A stretch of 43,258 bases of DNA. Source: a virus (lineage: Duplodnaviria; Caudoviricetes). Under the pieces are notes generated by a model. That model was not told the DNA's origin. It worked only from the letters and a program-made list of their open reading frames with translations, and made no database searches. The DNA is taken from positions 1 to 43,258 of IMG/VR virus record IMGVR_UViG_3300010354_000177; one strand, given 5' to 3'. Both the position numbers and the translations under genes were made by a program. Below, in pieces: positions 16,681 to 26,244 of this stretch. How positions within the stretch are numbered: position 1 is the stretch's first letter; each line of letters starts with the position of its first letter.

Positions 16681-17514
16681 TTATCCGATCATATCTAGAG
16701 GTGGAAGTTCATAAGTAGATGACATCTTGTCCATCAGAGTATCAATTTCTCTCTGAGCATCCTCAACAAGGGTCCTTCCATCCAACTCAACACCGCCTGG
16801 AAGTTTCAATCCTCTAAATTTGTTCGAAATATTATATCCCCATTGCCTTTTAATTAATGCAGTTAAGTATGGTTTCAAGAAAGAATCGTTCCAAACCTGA
16901 GTAAAATCAGTCGGATTCATAACCTGGTAGCAGTCAATAATTAACCACTGTCCTGGAGTTAAACTGGACCAATCAATGTCCATATATAAACGATCTTGCC
17001 TCTTATTAAACCTTATTTGTTTCTGAGTATTTAATAACCAATCAATATCCTCAAGATATCTTTTAACCATTGTGTAAGTTAATAATTCCAATGATCCCCA
17101 ATAATAAACATCATTTAAGAATAATTGATATTTAATACTAAACATACTACTCGAAATTGAGTTAGTACCTTCAAACTGGTAAATTTTATTTACCCCAATT
17201 ACATTTGATGGAACGGGTAAGTAATTACTATTTTCTTTGTAATCATACTGAGTTGTTACTGCATTAATAGTATTACTTACTGTTGTTGTAGTAATTCCAA
17301 CCTTTCCCCTACCTCTATCAATATCTTCTTGAGTTATTTGATATTTAAGGTAATTTTGAATTACGCCATCAAAGTGCCTTTCTTGAAAGAACTGAATGGC
17401 ATCATCAACAAGATCTTCAACTTGCTCTTGAGCAACATTTATTTCTAAAACTGGTGCTCCCAATTTTCTTAAACAATAGTCTATTAGTTCTTGCCTTGAG
17501 GATGGTTGTGCCAT
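16681..17514 (-). CDS. gp13: Neck protein
   Basis: SRQELIDYCLRKLGAPVLEINV...ALIKRQWG.N...KF.G.KLPGGVELDG...YELPPLDMIG. Confidence 0.96.
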   Translation of the reverse strand: MAQPSSRQELIDYCLRKLGAPVLEINVAQEQVEDLVDDAIQFFQERHFDGVIQNYLKYQITQEDIDRGRGKVGITTTTVSNTINAVTTQYDYKENSNYLPVPSNVIGVNKIYQFEGTNSISSSMFSIKYQLFLNDVYYWGSLELLTYTMVKRYLEDIDWLLNTQKQIRFNKRQDRLYMDIDWSSLTPGQWLIIDCYQVMNPTDFTQVWNDSFLKPYLTALIKRQWGYNISNKFRGLKLPGGVELDGRTLVEDAQREIDTLMDKMSSTYELPPLDMIG

Positions 17515-17681
17515 TATAGTTTAGATACAACTTCTTGCTGTTTTAAATATAATCTAGCATATGCTTTTGCAAAATTTTTAATTAATTCAATATCATCTAT
17601 ACTATCTATATCTCTAGAGATTTTTTCATATTCAAAAAGTTTGCTCATATTTTCTAATATGATTTCGTTGGGGTCAATCAT
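17514..17681 (-). CDS. Unannotated 55-aa helical protein, candidate NblA-like phycobilisome-degradation adaptor
   Basis: MIDPNEIILENMSKLFEYEKISRDIDSIDDIELIKNFAKAYARLYLKQQEVVSKL*. It exactly fills the gap: the start overlaps the upstream stop (ATGATTGA) and the stop overlaps the gp13 start (TAATG). The ORF itself is well supported; the NblA call is by size and hydrophobic pattern only. Confidence 0.6.
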   Translation of the reverse strand: MIDPNEIILENMSKLFEYEKISRDIDSIDDIELIKNFAKAYARLYLKQQEVVSKL

Positions 17682-17895
17682 TTGCCAATTTCCTCAATAA
17701 AAATTTAATCTCATCAATATCCCCCTTTAGTGAAGTTAAATCATCTTCAATTTTTTCAATTCTCTCAACTTCACGTTCTTTAATCTGTTTCATTTTCATA
17801 TAACTTTCATATTCAGAAACATTTGTGTTTATAATGGACTTTGTAGATTCATCTCTTAAAAGATGATCGTGTCCTTGAACTCTACTATATTTCAT
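17674..17895 (-). CDS. Conserved small protein with C-terminal coiled coil (73 aa)
   Basis: VQGHDHLLRDESTKSIINT...LKGDIDEIKFLL; typical of the small gene downstream of VrlC-like genes in T4-like phages. Confidence 0.85.
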   Translation of the reverse strand: MKYSRVQGHDHLLRDESTKSIINTNVSEYESYMKMKQIKEREVERIEKIEDDLTSLKGDIDEIKFLLRKLAND

Positions 17896-17898
17896 ATT

Positions 17899-20800
17899 TT
17901 ATGCCAATGCAATAACTCTAAGATCTCTTAATTTTGGAGGATAGACTTGGATATTTGATGTTGCAACAAGTTTAATACTAAAATATCTAAATGATGCAAG
18001 ATTATCTATACTAAATTCGTAGTCCTTGAAATAGTTTTGGGAATTGCCATTTCCAAAAATATCATTATTTGCTACAAATTTATCAGGAGTTCCATTACTA
18101 TTATTAATATCAATAACTTCTCCAGAGATAATTCTATTAGCATATCCAGGGAATGGATAGTAAATAGGAATTTCAGATGGATCTTTTAGAATCGCATAAA
18201 ATGCTCTTAAATCGGAATTTCTATTGATATATCCTGCAACATACGCTCTCAATGAAGTTGCAGCAACTTCTAAACTGATCGGTTTAGTTGCATAAGAGAA
18301 TGCAATAGGATCTTTGTTTAGAGTTGATGGTCTTGAATCATTTATATAATCTACAATTGGGCTATTTATTCTGTTTGTAACCAGAATTGCACCAACTCTG
18401 TCAAGATCAATAACTGGACTTAATCTATCATTTTCAGTTGTTAAGAAAGCTCTGATTTCTAAAGATTTATTTGCTGGTTGAGCAGATAATTTAGTCGATT
18501 CATTAATCTTAGAGCAAATCAAACGACTTGTAGTTGAGTAATTATCAACGTTAAAATCAACTCTCTCATATCCTTGATCAACAAATGAAGGTTCTACTCC
18601 ACTCACACTTGTCGCAGAGACGGTTCTCATATCAGAAGAAACACTCGTTTGTGGTAAAGACATTACCTGAATATTTGGTTTGATAATTTCAAATTGAATA
18701 TTCTTAGTTGCTTTAACATTCGATCCACCAGCTGACTTAGAATCGTAGAAATACAAACTTCCAAAAGAAGCAGGTCTATCCGAAGTGTCAATTTTTAAAT
18801 GATAATAATCTAATCCTATTGGATTTAAAACACTAGCATCTTGAAGTTCATGAGATTTATTAATTCTTCTCAGTGAAACTCCATTTAATTCATACTTATA
18901 AACATTAGTATCTGCAAAATATGATTGAGAAGGAGTGTTATCAAAGTTTCTAGTAATACCAGTCAATTCATTTCCAGAAATACCCGTATAACGAATAATC
19001 TCATTATTGATACGTGCATATCCAGGTGTTGTTGCTCCTACTGCTACATTTTCAAATGTTCCAAATCCAACTGAAGAATTTAAAGAAATTGTTGAAGTTA
19101 CTTCTGAAGTTGCAGCAAGATTTGAACTTAGTTTTGCAGGAGGAACATCGGACTGAGCATTTGAAATTACCACAGTGTTAATTTCCGAATGCATTCCGTG
19201 ATTTGGATGATTTACTTTGATATGCAGTCCATCAGTTTCAATCTCAATATCATTAATATAAACAGGGGATGTATATCCAGAATTTAAATCTGTGTTAATT
19301 CCTGTATTTTTAGTATATCTTAAAGTATAACCAATTCCAGTTAAGAAATCTCCCTCAACATTATCAATAATAAGTTGATTGTATGCCGTAATATCATCTA
19401 CAGTGATAAGTAAATTTCTACCTAAAGTTTGATCTCCAAGTTGATCTACGGAAAGAACATCACCCTTTTGATATCCATAACCACCCGTTTTAATTGTTGC
19501 AGCAATCGCAACTCCAGCATTACCATTAGCATCCGTTCCTATTGTAATATCGGCAGTTGCATTCTTTCCACTCGAAGTGGAATTTGCAAGTATAACATTT
19601 TGATATACAAATGAAGTTCCATTTGAAGGAGTATATCCAATTCCAGAATTAGTGATAGAAATACTTGCAATTGATCCAGCAGCACCAACATAATTGCCAG
19701 TTGCTCCAGTAACTCTTTGAACAATTGTATTTCCTAATATAAAACCAGGATCACTTAATGTGCTTGAAATACTTACCTTGATTCTCTTAGAAGATATTTC
19801 AAGAGGATTATTAATAAGGGTTGAAATTTGCTGATTATTTTCAGTCAAATCTGGATTGAAGAAGCTTACATTACCAGTCTGAACAAAAACTGCAGAATAT
19901 AATGTAAACTTAAGATCTTCAAATTGACTTGGTGACCAAGTCGATGCATTCTGAGATTTGAATAGAACACCTACTTTACTAATATCTGGTTGATTGGCAA
20001 TGATGACCCTACCAGATTCTGGTAAAGATGCAGTTGTTATATCAACTTCACCGAGTCTAGAAATCCAAGCATAATAATTAGTAGAATCTGATTTTAAAAC
20101 AAGAGCGTGCTCAGTATTTCCTTTGAGATATACTGGTGCTTCAAATTGAACTCTTGTTGCAACAGATCCATCTTCGGAAACTTGAATATCTTCAGGATTT
20201 ACAACAATTTGACTAAATGGATATATTTCACCAGTTGGAAGACCAAGAGACATTGGTCTTAATTCAACAATTAATGGAAGAGTATCATCTTTGGATTGTA
20301 AGAATAAATCTACTGCTGTTACAAATCTACCTTCTGGTGCAGTAATAGTAAATGATTGCGCCAGAGGATCAAGTCCTACTGGAGGAATCATATTAGAGGA
20401 AGCAGTAGTTGCAGATTCTTTCCACTTTAATAAGAAAGCACCAGAAGATCCATTACCTCCGGATCCTCCATCAATACCACCACCGCCACCGCCGCCATAT
20501 GTTCCTCCAGTGCCACCTTTTTTATCTCCACAATCTGGAATTTGACCAGGGCCTCCGCCAGCACCTGCAAATTTAATACCATTTCCACCAGGACCTGCAG
20601 TTGGACTTCCACATCCTGCTTTCTCACGAGAATGTCCACAATTTCCGCCACCTTCTCTACCAGATCCTCCACCATAACCACCTCTTAGAGTATCTGAAGA
20701 ATCATATTTTCCATCTTCACCTTTTCCACCTCCACCACTAGTTTCTCCACCAGATCCTTTAGATGTGCTAGATCCACCAGCGCCACCTTTGGCAATGATG

Positions 20801-23800
20801 TTTTTGTTTACAATATAGCTTGGTTGACCATCTTCTGCTTTAACATCGGTTGCAGCTCCTCTTCCACCTGAACCAACAATAACAGTAAGAACTTCGCCAG
20901 GAGTAACTGGAATTTTTCTAGAACAAACTCCTGCTCCAGCACCACCGCCACCGGATTTATTAGATCTTCCAAATCCACCACCGCCGCCGCCACCGACGCC
21001 GGAAGCTTGAAGCGAAGTAACTCCAGTTGGAACAGTAAATGTATAAGTTCCTGGTGCTGTATATAACTTAAATTGTTCTATCTTATCCGAAGATGGGCTA
21101 GGAGAAGGACTTGGTCCAGGTGAAGGACTTGGTCCAGGAGAAGGACTTGGTCCAGGTGAAGGACTTGGTCCAGGAGAAGGACTTGGAGCTGGTGAAGGAC
21201 TTGGAGCTGGTGAAGGACTTGGGGATGGGGATGGAGAAGGTTCTGGAGTAGGTTCTGGGGAAGGTGTAGGATATGGTTCGGATGGTCTAGGTGTTGGGGG
21301 TGCGGGAACTTCTACCCTTACTGGTTGTGAGAAATCAGTTGTTGAAGCTGGGATAGTTTGTGTTAGAGTTCCTAACTCTCTTAAACTATTTCTAAGGGTT
21401 CCGATAGTTTCTTGAGTTGTTGTAATAGTTCCCTGAGCATAAAAAGCTGCTTCTGCCAAACTATTCAAAAGACCTGGAACAGTTGAATTTGATTGTAGAC
21501 TAGAAAGTCTAAACAGTTTAGATCCTGTAGTAAATCTTGGATTGCTTGGTACACCAGAATTTGGAATAAAGAATGAAGACATCAAAGTTCCAATATTATC
21601 AGTTATTAATCTGACTTCTTGAACTATTGCAACTGCTCCACTAGTTTTTCCAATAAGTCTCATTCCAGATGATACATATCCATAAAAATTACCAATTCCT
21701 TGCTCTGCAAGAAGGAAAGTGTCGATATTTAAAACTGTAGATGCTGAGGAATAAGTAGAAGGAATATTATTAGTTCTATCGTATGGATTTAATCCATAAA
21801 TTGATGTTGGGGAATCGTATCTACCTTGTTTATGATTCGGTTGACATAATCTAAATCTAATGAATGCATCAGTTGAAGACGAAGAACTAGTATCTGTTTC
21901 AACTGTTTCACCAATTCTGAATACTCCAGACTCCATTTGGATTTCAATGAGTTTTGGAACCATAAAGCGGCTTACGTCTTGCCCATCAAAGAAAGCATAC
22001 ATTTCTGTATATGGCTTTAACTTCCTTGAAATTATTTCAAGATTTCTTGCACGACAATATGTTGCAATATCTACTGTTACAACATTAGATCCATAAGATA
22101 CTGAAGTATCAGTGAAAGTAATTCGATTTGAAGACCCAGTTCTGGTAGAAGTTCCGTTTTTATCAGTCGCATAAACAACATCTTGATACCACTTCCCGTC
22201 TAATTCATATTTTTGCCCCCTAGATACCTCTCTAGGTGCAGAAGTGCTGGTCCAAGAAGTCTCCCAAGCACCAAAAATCATTGGTGCCCATCCACTATTG
22301 TTATCTGGAGTAGATTCTAATTCAACATCAATAGTTCTTATCTCTTCTCTAATTCCTAGATTAATAGGATCTAGAACAACAGGATCTAACCAAATATCGG
22401 AAGATGGGTTAATATCTGCAATACCACCATAAAATGTTACTAAGTATGGAGTTACATTTTCAACTCTTGTTGCATATGGTTGTATAATTTCTTCAGTCTC
22501 AGAATAATCTAAAGTCAGAACTCCTTTACCAACAGTTCCGACAGATTTTCTAACATTATTTCCAATAATAGATTGATTTGACTTATAGTCAAAATCCTCA
22601 TTATTGAAATTAATATTACCGGCGGCATCAGTATGCCCAAGAATTAAATCAATAGAAGTTGTATAAACCGATGGTCTTAATTGAGAATTTTCAATGTCAA
22701 TTGAGTTCTTAGTAACCTGAGTTGTTTTTTGTGATATTAATGTTGTGAAATTATCTACAAAGAATCCAGATTTAAATCTATCTAAACCATTTGAATCTTT
22801 AATTGTAAAGTTTGCAGTTTCAGTTTCAAGTAAAGATAGTGTGGTATAAAACTCAAGATTTTTAATCCTATCCTCAAGTTTTTTAATATCACTCATTCTA
22901 TAACGCTTATGGTGCGACAAATCAATGCCAACACTTTCATAAGAACATAAGTATGCTGGGAGTGTAACAGTAGCAATATCCAATGAATCTGTTAGATTCA
23001 GAGGTGCTTTGGGGTTCTCAGAAGGATCTCCAATCAATAGTTGAAAATTACCTTCTTTAGATAAAATAATTTTATCAATTCTAGGTAAGTAATAAGAATA
23101 ATCGAGGATGATATCCTCATCAGACGCTAAAATAGGTAGATTTTGATTATAAACGTTTGTGAAATTATTAGATAACGACTCGAAAGGAGATCTTGCATTC
23201 AAAGAAACAGTATAATTTGATACTCTTGGTCTTAAATCTAAAATATTATAGTTTTTCAGGTTGTTTAGAGAAGGAATATCACAATAATCAAATTGCTTAT
23301 AAGAATCTACAGTTACAAAGCTTCCTGGATCTGATGGTGAAAAATCAGTAGACTCAAAAACAATTTTTAACTTTTTACGAGGTTCTCTCGCAGTTGATTT
23401 TCTAACAATTCTACCATAATCATAAAATGTATCTCTTTGTCCATTATCTAAAGTATAACTATCAGTTATATCCTTACAATTTCCTGAATTTAAAGAATTA
23501 ATAGATGCAATTATTCCAGATTCTTTAAATTTCAAAGTTTCTCCTGTAGAAAAACTGGAAGAATTTAAAGTAATGTAACTAACTGTATTACTGTTAATTC
23601 TTTCAACTAAAATTGCAACGCAGTTACTCTTTTCTCCGAGAATTTCTTCACCTAGAATCATACTTGATGTTGTTACATCAGATAGACTCATTGTAACAGA
23701 AGGGAGTGTTGGTGTAGCAGTAGCACTATTAGTTTCAAATACTCCTAATAATTTTACAACATCTGGATAATTTAAACATACATCTTCATCGTGAACTCTT

Positions 23801-26238
23801 GTTCCATATGGATAATTACCAAATGTCAATCCATCATTAATTGTGGTTTGACCAACTCCAGAAAAATTATATTTTGATTTATCTACAATAATATTATTAA
23901 CTCTATTCCTAGTTTTAACTTTTGCACTTACATTTAACTTTTTAATTGTATAAGTTAAAGTAGCGGTCCCACTTGATAAAGATAAACCATTAATTCTAAG
24001 ACTTTGTCCACCAAGAGTAATAAAGAATTGATCTTCTCTTAATGGTTCAGTATTTCCATTAGAATAAATGATAGCATATCTTTCCTCATCATATGTCATG
24101 AACCTTTCATCATCTTCCAAGATAAGAACTTCAGAAGTGTTGCTTGAAATGCTAATCTGCTTCTGTCTTCTAATAATAATTTCAGAATTTTCTAAATTAG
24201 TTGAAGCAATTTTGTTATGAGGGAAAACTGTATAAAGTGTATTATCTGTTGATGATTGTAATGATGATGTTAAAATTTTAAAATCAGAAACGTTTAATGT
24301 TGATGCGGGCAGTGTACTAACGCATACATCAGATACTGGAGTAATCTGAGTGATTGTAATACTTTTTTCAGATACATTAACAATTTTTGCATAAGTTGGC
24401 TCTTCTTGCCCTGGTGTTGAAAATGAAATTATATCATTTTCTAAAGCAACTTTATTAAAAATAAAACTAGAACTAGTTACAGTGCTAATTCCGGAACTAT
24501 AACTGGATATATTTACTGGACCTACAAAAGATTTTTGCTTCTGGACAATATCAGCAGTAAATGTTGAACCGGTTCCTACAATTCCGTATACGGATTTAAA
24601 ATCACCAATATCATATGTTTTAAATGATGTAATAATTCTATTATTTTGAATACTGTCAAAGCTTAATCTTTCACCCTTTAAAAATCTACCATTTACATTA
24701 TATGCGGTAAGAATTCCCGAATTAACTATAGTATTTTTAAGGAAAGCAGTTGCTCCACTAGAACTTCCTTTAATAAAAGTTGGTACTTCTAAACTTATTG
24801 GATCGTTAAGAGTAATCTCAGTATATGGTTGAACATCAAATAGTGTTATATCCCATTCATTTATATTCTGGCTTAGTGGATTATATGATCCAGATTCTAA
24901 AGCAAAATCATAAACCCTTGCAATTCCAATTTCTTTACCTGGAGCAGCATTTTCATCCGCACCCACTCTATCTGATCTGAAGCTTAATGTATAGTCAGTT
25001 GAAATGCCTAAAGGTGGAGTTCCATGAACTCTATTTAATGTAAATGTAGAACCAGTATTATATACTAAACTCTGGTTAACTAAAGTTTTTGTTACTCTTG
25101 GCTTATTGAAATCAATAAAAGTTGGATTTGGAACATCAACTTCAAATCCTCTAATATAAGCTTTACCTGGAGATAATTTATAAACACCTAAAGACTCACT
25201 TGCAGCTCTATTACCGTAAGTCTGCTGCCCCTCTTTAAATATACCCTTATTTCCCTTTAAATTATCTAAAGATTCATTAACAGTAAGTTTAAATGGAGTT
25301 ACATAGTAATCTCCTGACTCATCATATGTTCTTCTAGCAAATTCATTTGCCAGAAGGTTATATTCAGCATCTTTTTGAACTTTATCAGGAACTCCATCCC
25401 TGATTTTAAATAGTTCTAGATATCCTTCATCTTGATTTTCATTAATAGAATATTTTGCTAATTTTACTTTAATTGAAAATCTATCTGCACCTGGTGCTGC
25501 ATAATTAGAAAATCCTTGAGAATTATCTGCAAGGGTCTCATCATCATCAAAAGTTACAACATCTTCAAAAATTTTTAATCCTACACTGTAATTCACATTA
25601 TTAGAAGTTGGATCTAATAGTAAAGTTTCTTCATCAACATTTACAAAATATCCTCTAATAAAATAAACACCAGAAGAAATATGAATAGAAGATCCAGTAA
25701 CAGAAGAATTCTGAGAAATTGTCTTACAAACACCCTGCCCCGCTTGAATTGATGTAACACCACCTGCAACAAAGGGGATAGAATCTTCGGTAGTAATTAT
25801 TTCACCATCTTTGAACTGTCTTATATTATCAACACTGGAGTCTCTATAGGAAACATAAACTATGGTATTTTTAGTTGGAGAATCATTAGATGAAAGAATA
25901 TACTCAACTCTTGCTTTAACCTTAGAATCTTGTCCTATTACATATTTTCCAATAAGATCTCCAAGGTATGATTCAACGGAAAGACCCAAATAACTTGGCT
26001 CAACCTGAATACCTTCATAATAGTTGTCATAAACTACATTGCCGCCAAGAACAGGAGATCCTTCTTTAAAGATATGAGAACCAAACTTTTCAATTTGATT
26101 CTGGAGAATTGACTGTAAAGTTGTTAATTCTCTTGCTTGAACAGGATATCCTGGCTTAAATAAAACCTTATAAAAATTCTTTTTATCGTCAAAATCATCA
26201 AAATAAGGAGATACGTTAAGGTTGGTTTCTTGTGGCAT
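17899..26238 (-). CDS. VrlC/DUF4815-like large virion structural protein (2779 aa)
   Basis: NLNVSPYFDDFD...VLFKPG.PVQARELT.LQSILQNQ; APGADR; ARRTYDESGDY; RYRMSDI..LE.RI..LE.YT.LSLLE; RFKSGFFVDNF; DPLAQSF; C-term DLRVIALA. Confidence 0.88.
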   Translation of the reverse strand: MPQETNLNVSPYFDDFDDKKNFYKVLFKPGYPVQARELTTLQSILQNQIEKFGSHIFKEGSPVLGGNVVYDNYYEGIQVEPSYLGLSVESYLGDLIGKYVIGQDSKVKARVEYILSSNDSPTKNTIVYVSYRDSSVDNIRQFKDGEIITTEDSIPFVAGGVTSIQAGQGVCKTISQNSSVTGSSIHISSGVYFIRGYFVNVDEETLLLDPTSNNVNYSVGLKIFEDVVTFDDDETLADNSQGFSNYAAPGADRFSIKVKLAKYSINENQDEGYLELFKIRDGVPDKVQKDAEYNLLANEFARRTYDESGDYYVTPFKLTVNESLDNLKGNKGIFKEGQQTYGNRAASESLGVYKLSPGKAYIRGFEVDVPNPTFIDFNKPRVTKTLVNQSLVYNTGSTFTLNRVHGTPPLGISTDYTLSFRSDRVGADENAAPGKEIGIARVYDFALESGSYNPLSQNINEWDITLFDVQPYTEITLNDPISLEVPTFIKGSSSGATAFLKNTIVNSGILTAYNVNGRFLKGERLSFDSIQNNRIITSFKTYDIGDFKSVYGIVGTGSTFTADIVQKQKSFVGPVNISSYSSGISTVTSSSFIFNKVALENDIISFSTPGQEEPTYAKIVNVSEKSITITQITPVSDVCVSTLPASTLNVSDFKILTSSLQSSTDNTLYTVFPHNKIASTNLENSEIIIRRQKQISISSNTSEVLILEDDERFMTYDEERYAIIYSNGNTEPLREDQFFITLGGQSLRINGLSLSSGTATLTYTIKKLNVSAKVKTRNRVNNIIVDKSKYNFSGVGQTTINDGLTFGNYPYGTRVHDEDVCLNYPDVVKLLGVFETNSATATPTLPSVTMSLSDVTTSSMILGEEILGEKSNCVAILVERINSNTVSYITLNSSSFSTGETLKFKESGIIASINSLNSGNCKDITDSYTLDNGQRDTFYDYGRIVRKSTAREPRKKLKIVFESTDFSPSDPGSFVTVDSYKQFDYCDIPSLNNLKNYNILDLRPRVSNYTVSLNARSPFESLSNNFTNVYNQNLPILASDEDIILDYSYYLPRIDKIILSKEGNFQLLIGDPSENPKAPLNLTDSLDIATVTLPAYLCSYESVGIDLSHHKRYRMSDIKKLEDRIKNLEFYTTLSLLETETANFTIKDSNGLDRFKSGFFVDNFTTLISQKTTQVTKNSIDIENSQLRPSVYTTSIDLILGHTDAAGNINFNNEDFDYKSNQSIIGNNVRKSVGTVGKGVLTLDYSETEEIIQPYATRVENVTPYLVTFYGGIADINPSSDIWLDPVVLDPINLGIREEIRTIDVELESTPDNNSGWAPMIFGAWETSWTSTSAPREVSRGQKYELDGKWYQDVVYATDKNGTSTRTGSSNRITFTDTSVSYGSNVVTVDIATYCRARNLEIISRKLKPYTEMYAFFDGQDVSRFMVPKLIEIQMESGVFRIGETVETDTSSSSSTDAFIRFRLCQPNHKQGRYDSPTSIYGLNPYDRTNNIPSTYSSASTVLNIDTFLLAEQGIGNFYGYVSSGMRLIGKTSGAVAIVQEVRLITDNIGTLMSSFFIPNSGVPSNPRFTTGSKLFRLSSLQSNSTVPGLLNSLAEAAFYAQGTITTTQETIGTLRNSLRELGTLTQTIPASTTDFSQPVRVEVPAPPTPRPSEPYPTPSPEPTPEPSPSPSPSPSPAPSPSPAPSPSPGPSPSPGPSPSPGPSPSPGPSPSPSPSSDKIEQFKLYTAPGTYTFTVPTGVTSLQASGVGGGGGGGFGRSNKSGGGGAGAGVCSRKIPVTPGEVLTVIVGSGGRGAATDVKAEDGQPSYIVNKNIIAKGGAGGSSTSKGSGGETSGGGGKGEDGKYDSSDTLRGGYGGGSGREGGGNCGHSREKAGCGSPTAGPGGNGIKFAGAGGGPGQIPDCGDKKGGTGGTYGGGGGGGIDGGSGGNGSSGAFLLKWKESATTASSNMIPPVGLDPLAQSFTITAPEGRFVTAVDLFLQSKDDTLPLIVELRPMSLGLPTGEIYPFSQIVVNPEDIQVSEDGSVATRVQFEAPVYLKGNTEHALVLKSDSTNYYAWISRLGEVDITTASLPESGRVIIANQPDISKVGVLFKSQNASTWSPSQFEDLKFTLYSAVFVQTGNVSFFNPDLTENNQQISTLINNPLEISSKRIKVSISSTLSDPGFILGNTIVQRVTGATGNYVGAAGSIASISITNSGIGYTPSNGTSFVYQNVILANSTSSGKNATADITIGTDANGNAGVAIAATIKTGGYGYQKGDVLSVDQLGDQTLGRNLLITVDDITAYNQLIIDNVEGDFLTGIGYTLRYTKNTGINTDLNSGYTSPVYINDIEIETDGLHIKVNHPNHGMHSEINTVVISNAQSDVPPAKLSSNLAATSEVTSTISLNSSVGFGTFENVAVGATTPGYARINNEIIRYTGISGNELTGITRNFDNTPSQSYFADTNVYKYELNGVSLRRINKSHELQDASVLNPIGLDYYHLKIDTSDRPASFGSLYFYDSKSAGGSNVKATKNIQFEIIKPNIQVMSLPQTSVSSDMRTVSATSVSGVEPSFVDQGYERVDFNVDNYSTTSRLICSKINESTKLSAQPANKSLEIRAFLTTENDRLSPVIDLDRVGAILVTNRINSPIVDYINDSRPSTLNKDPIAFSYATKPISLEVAATSLRAYVAGYINRNSDLRAFYAILKDPSEIPIYYPFPGYANRIISGEVIDINNSNGTPDKFVANNDIFGNGNSQNYFKDYEFSIDNLASFRYFSIKLVATSNIQVYPPKLRDLRVIALA
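21101..21226. repeat. 18-bp tandem repeat x7 (ggwgaaggacttggtcca/agct) encoding PSPSPG/PSPSPA
   Basis: Units start at 21101, 21119, 21137, 21155, 21173, 21191, 21209. Confidence 0.95.
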
Positions 26239-26244
26239 GATAGG

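Noticed and set aside
17506-17700. 64-aa plus-strand ORF
   Set aside because: Antisense shadow of the coupled 55-aa minus-strand ORF, which fits the operon exactly.
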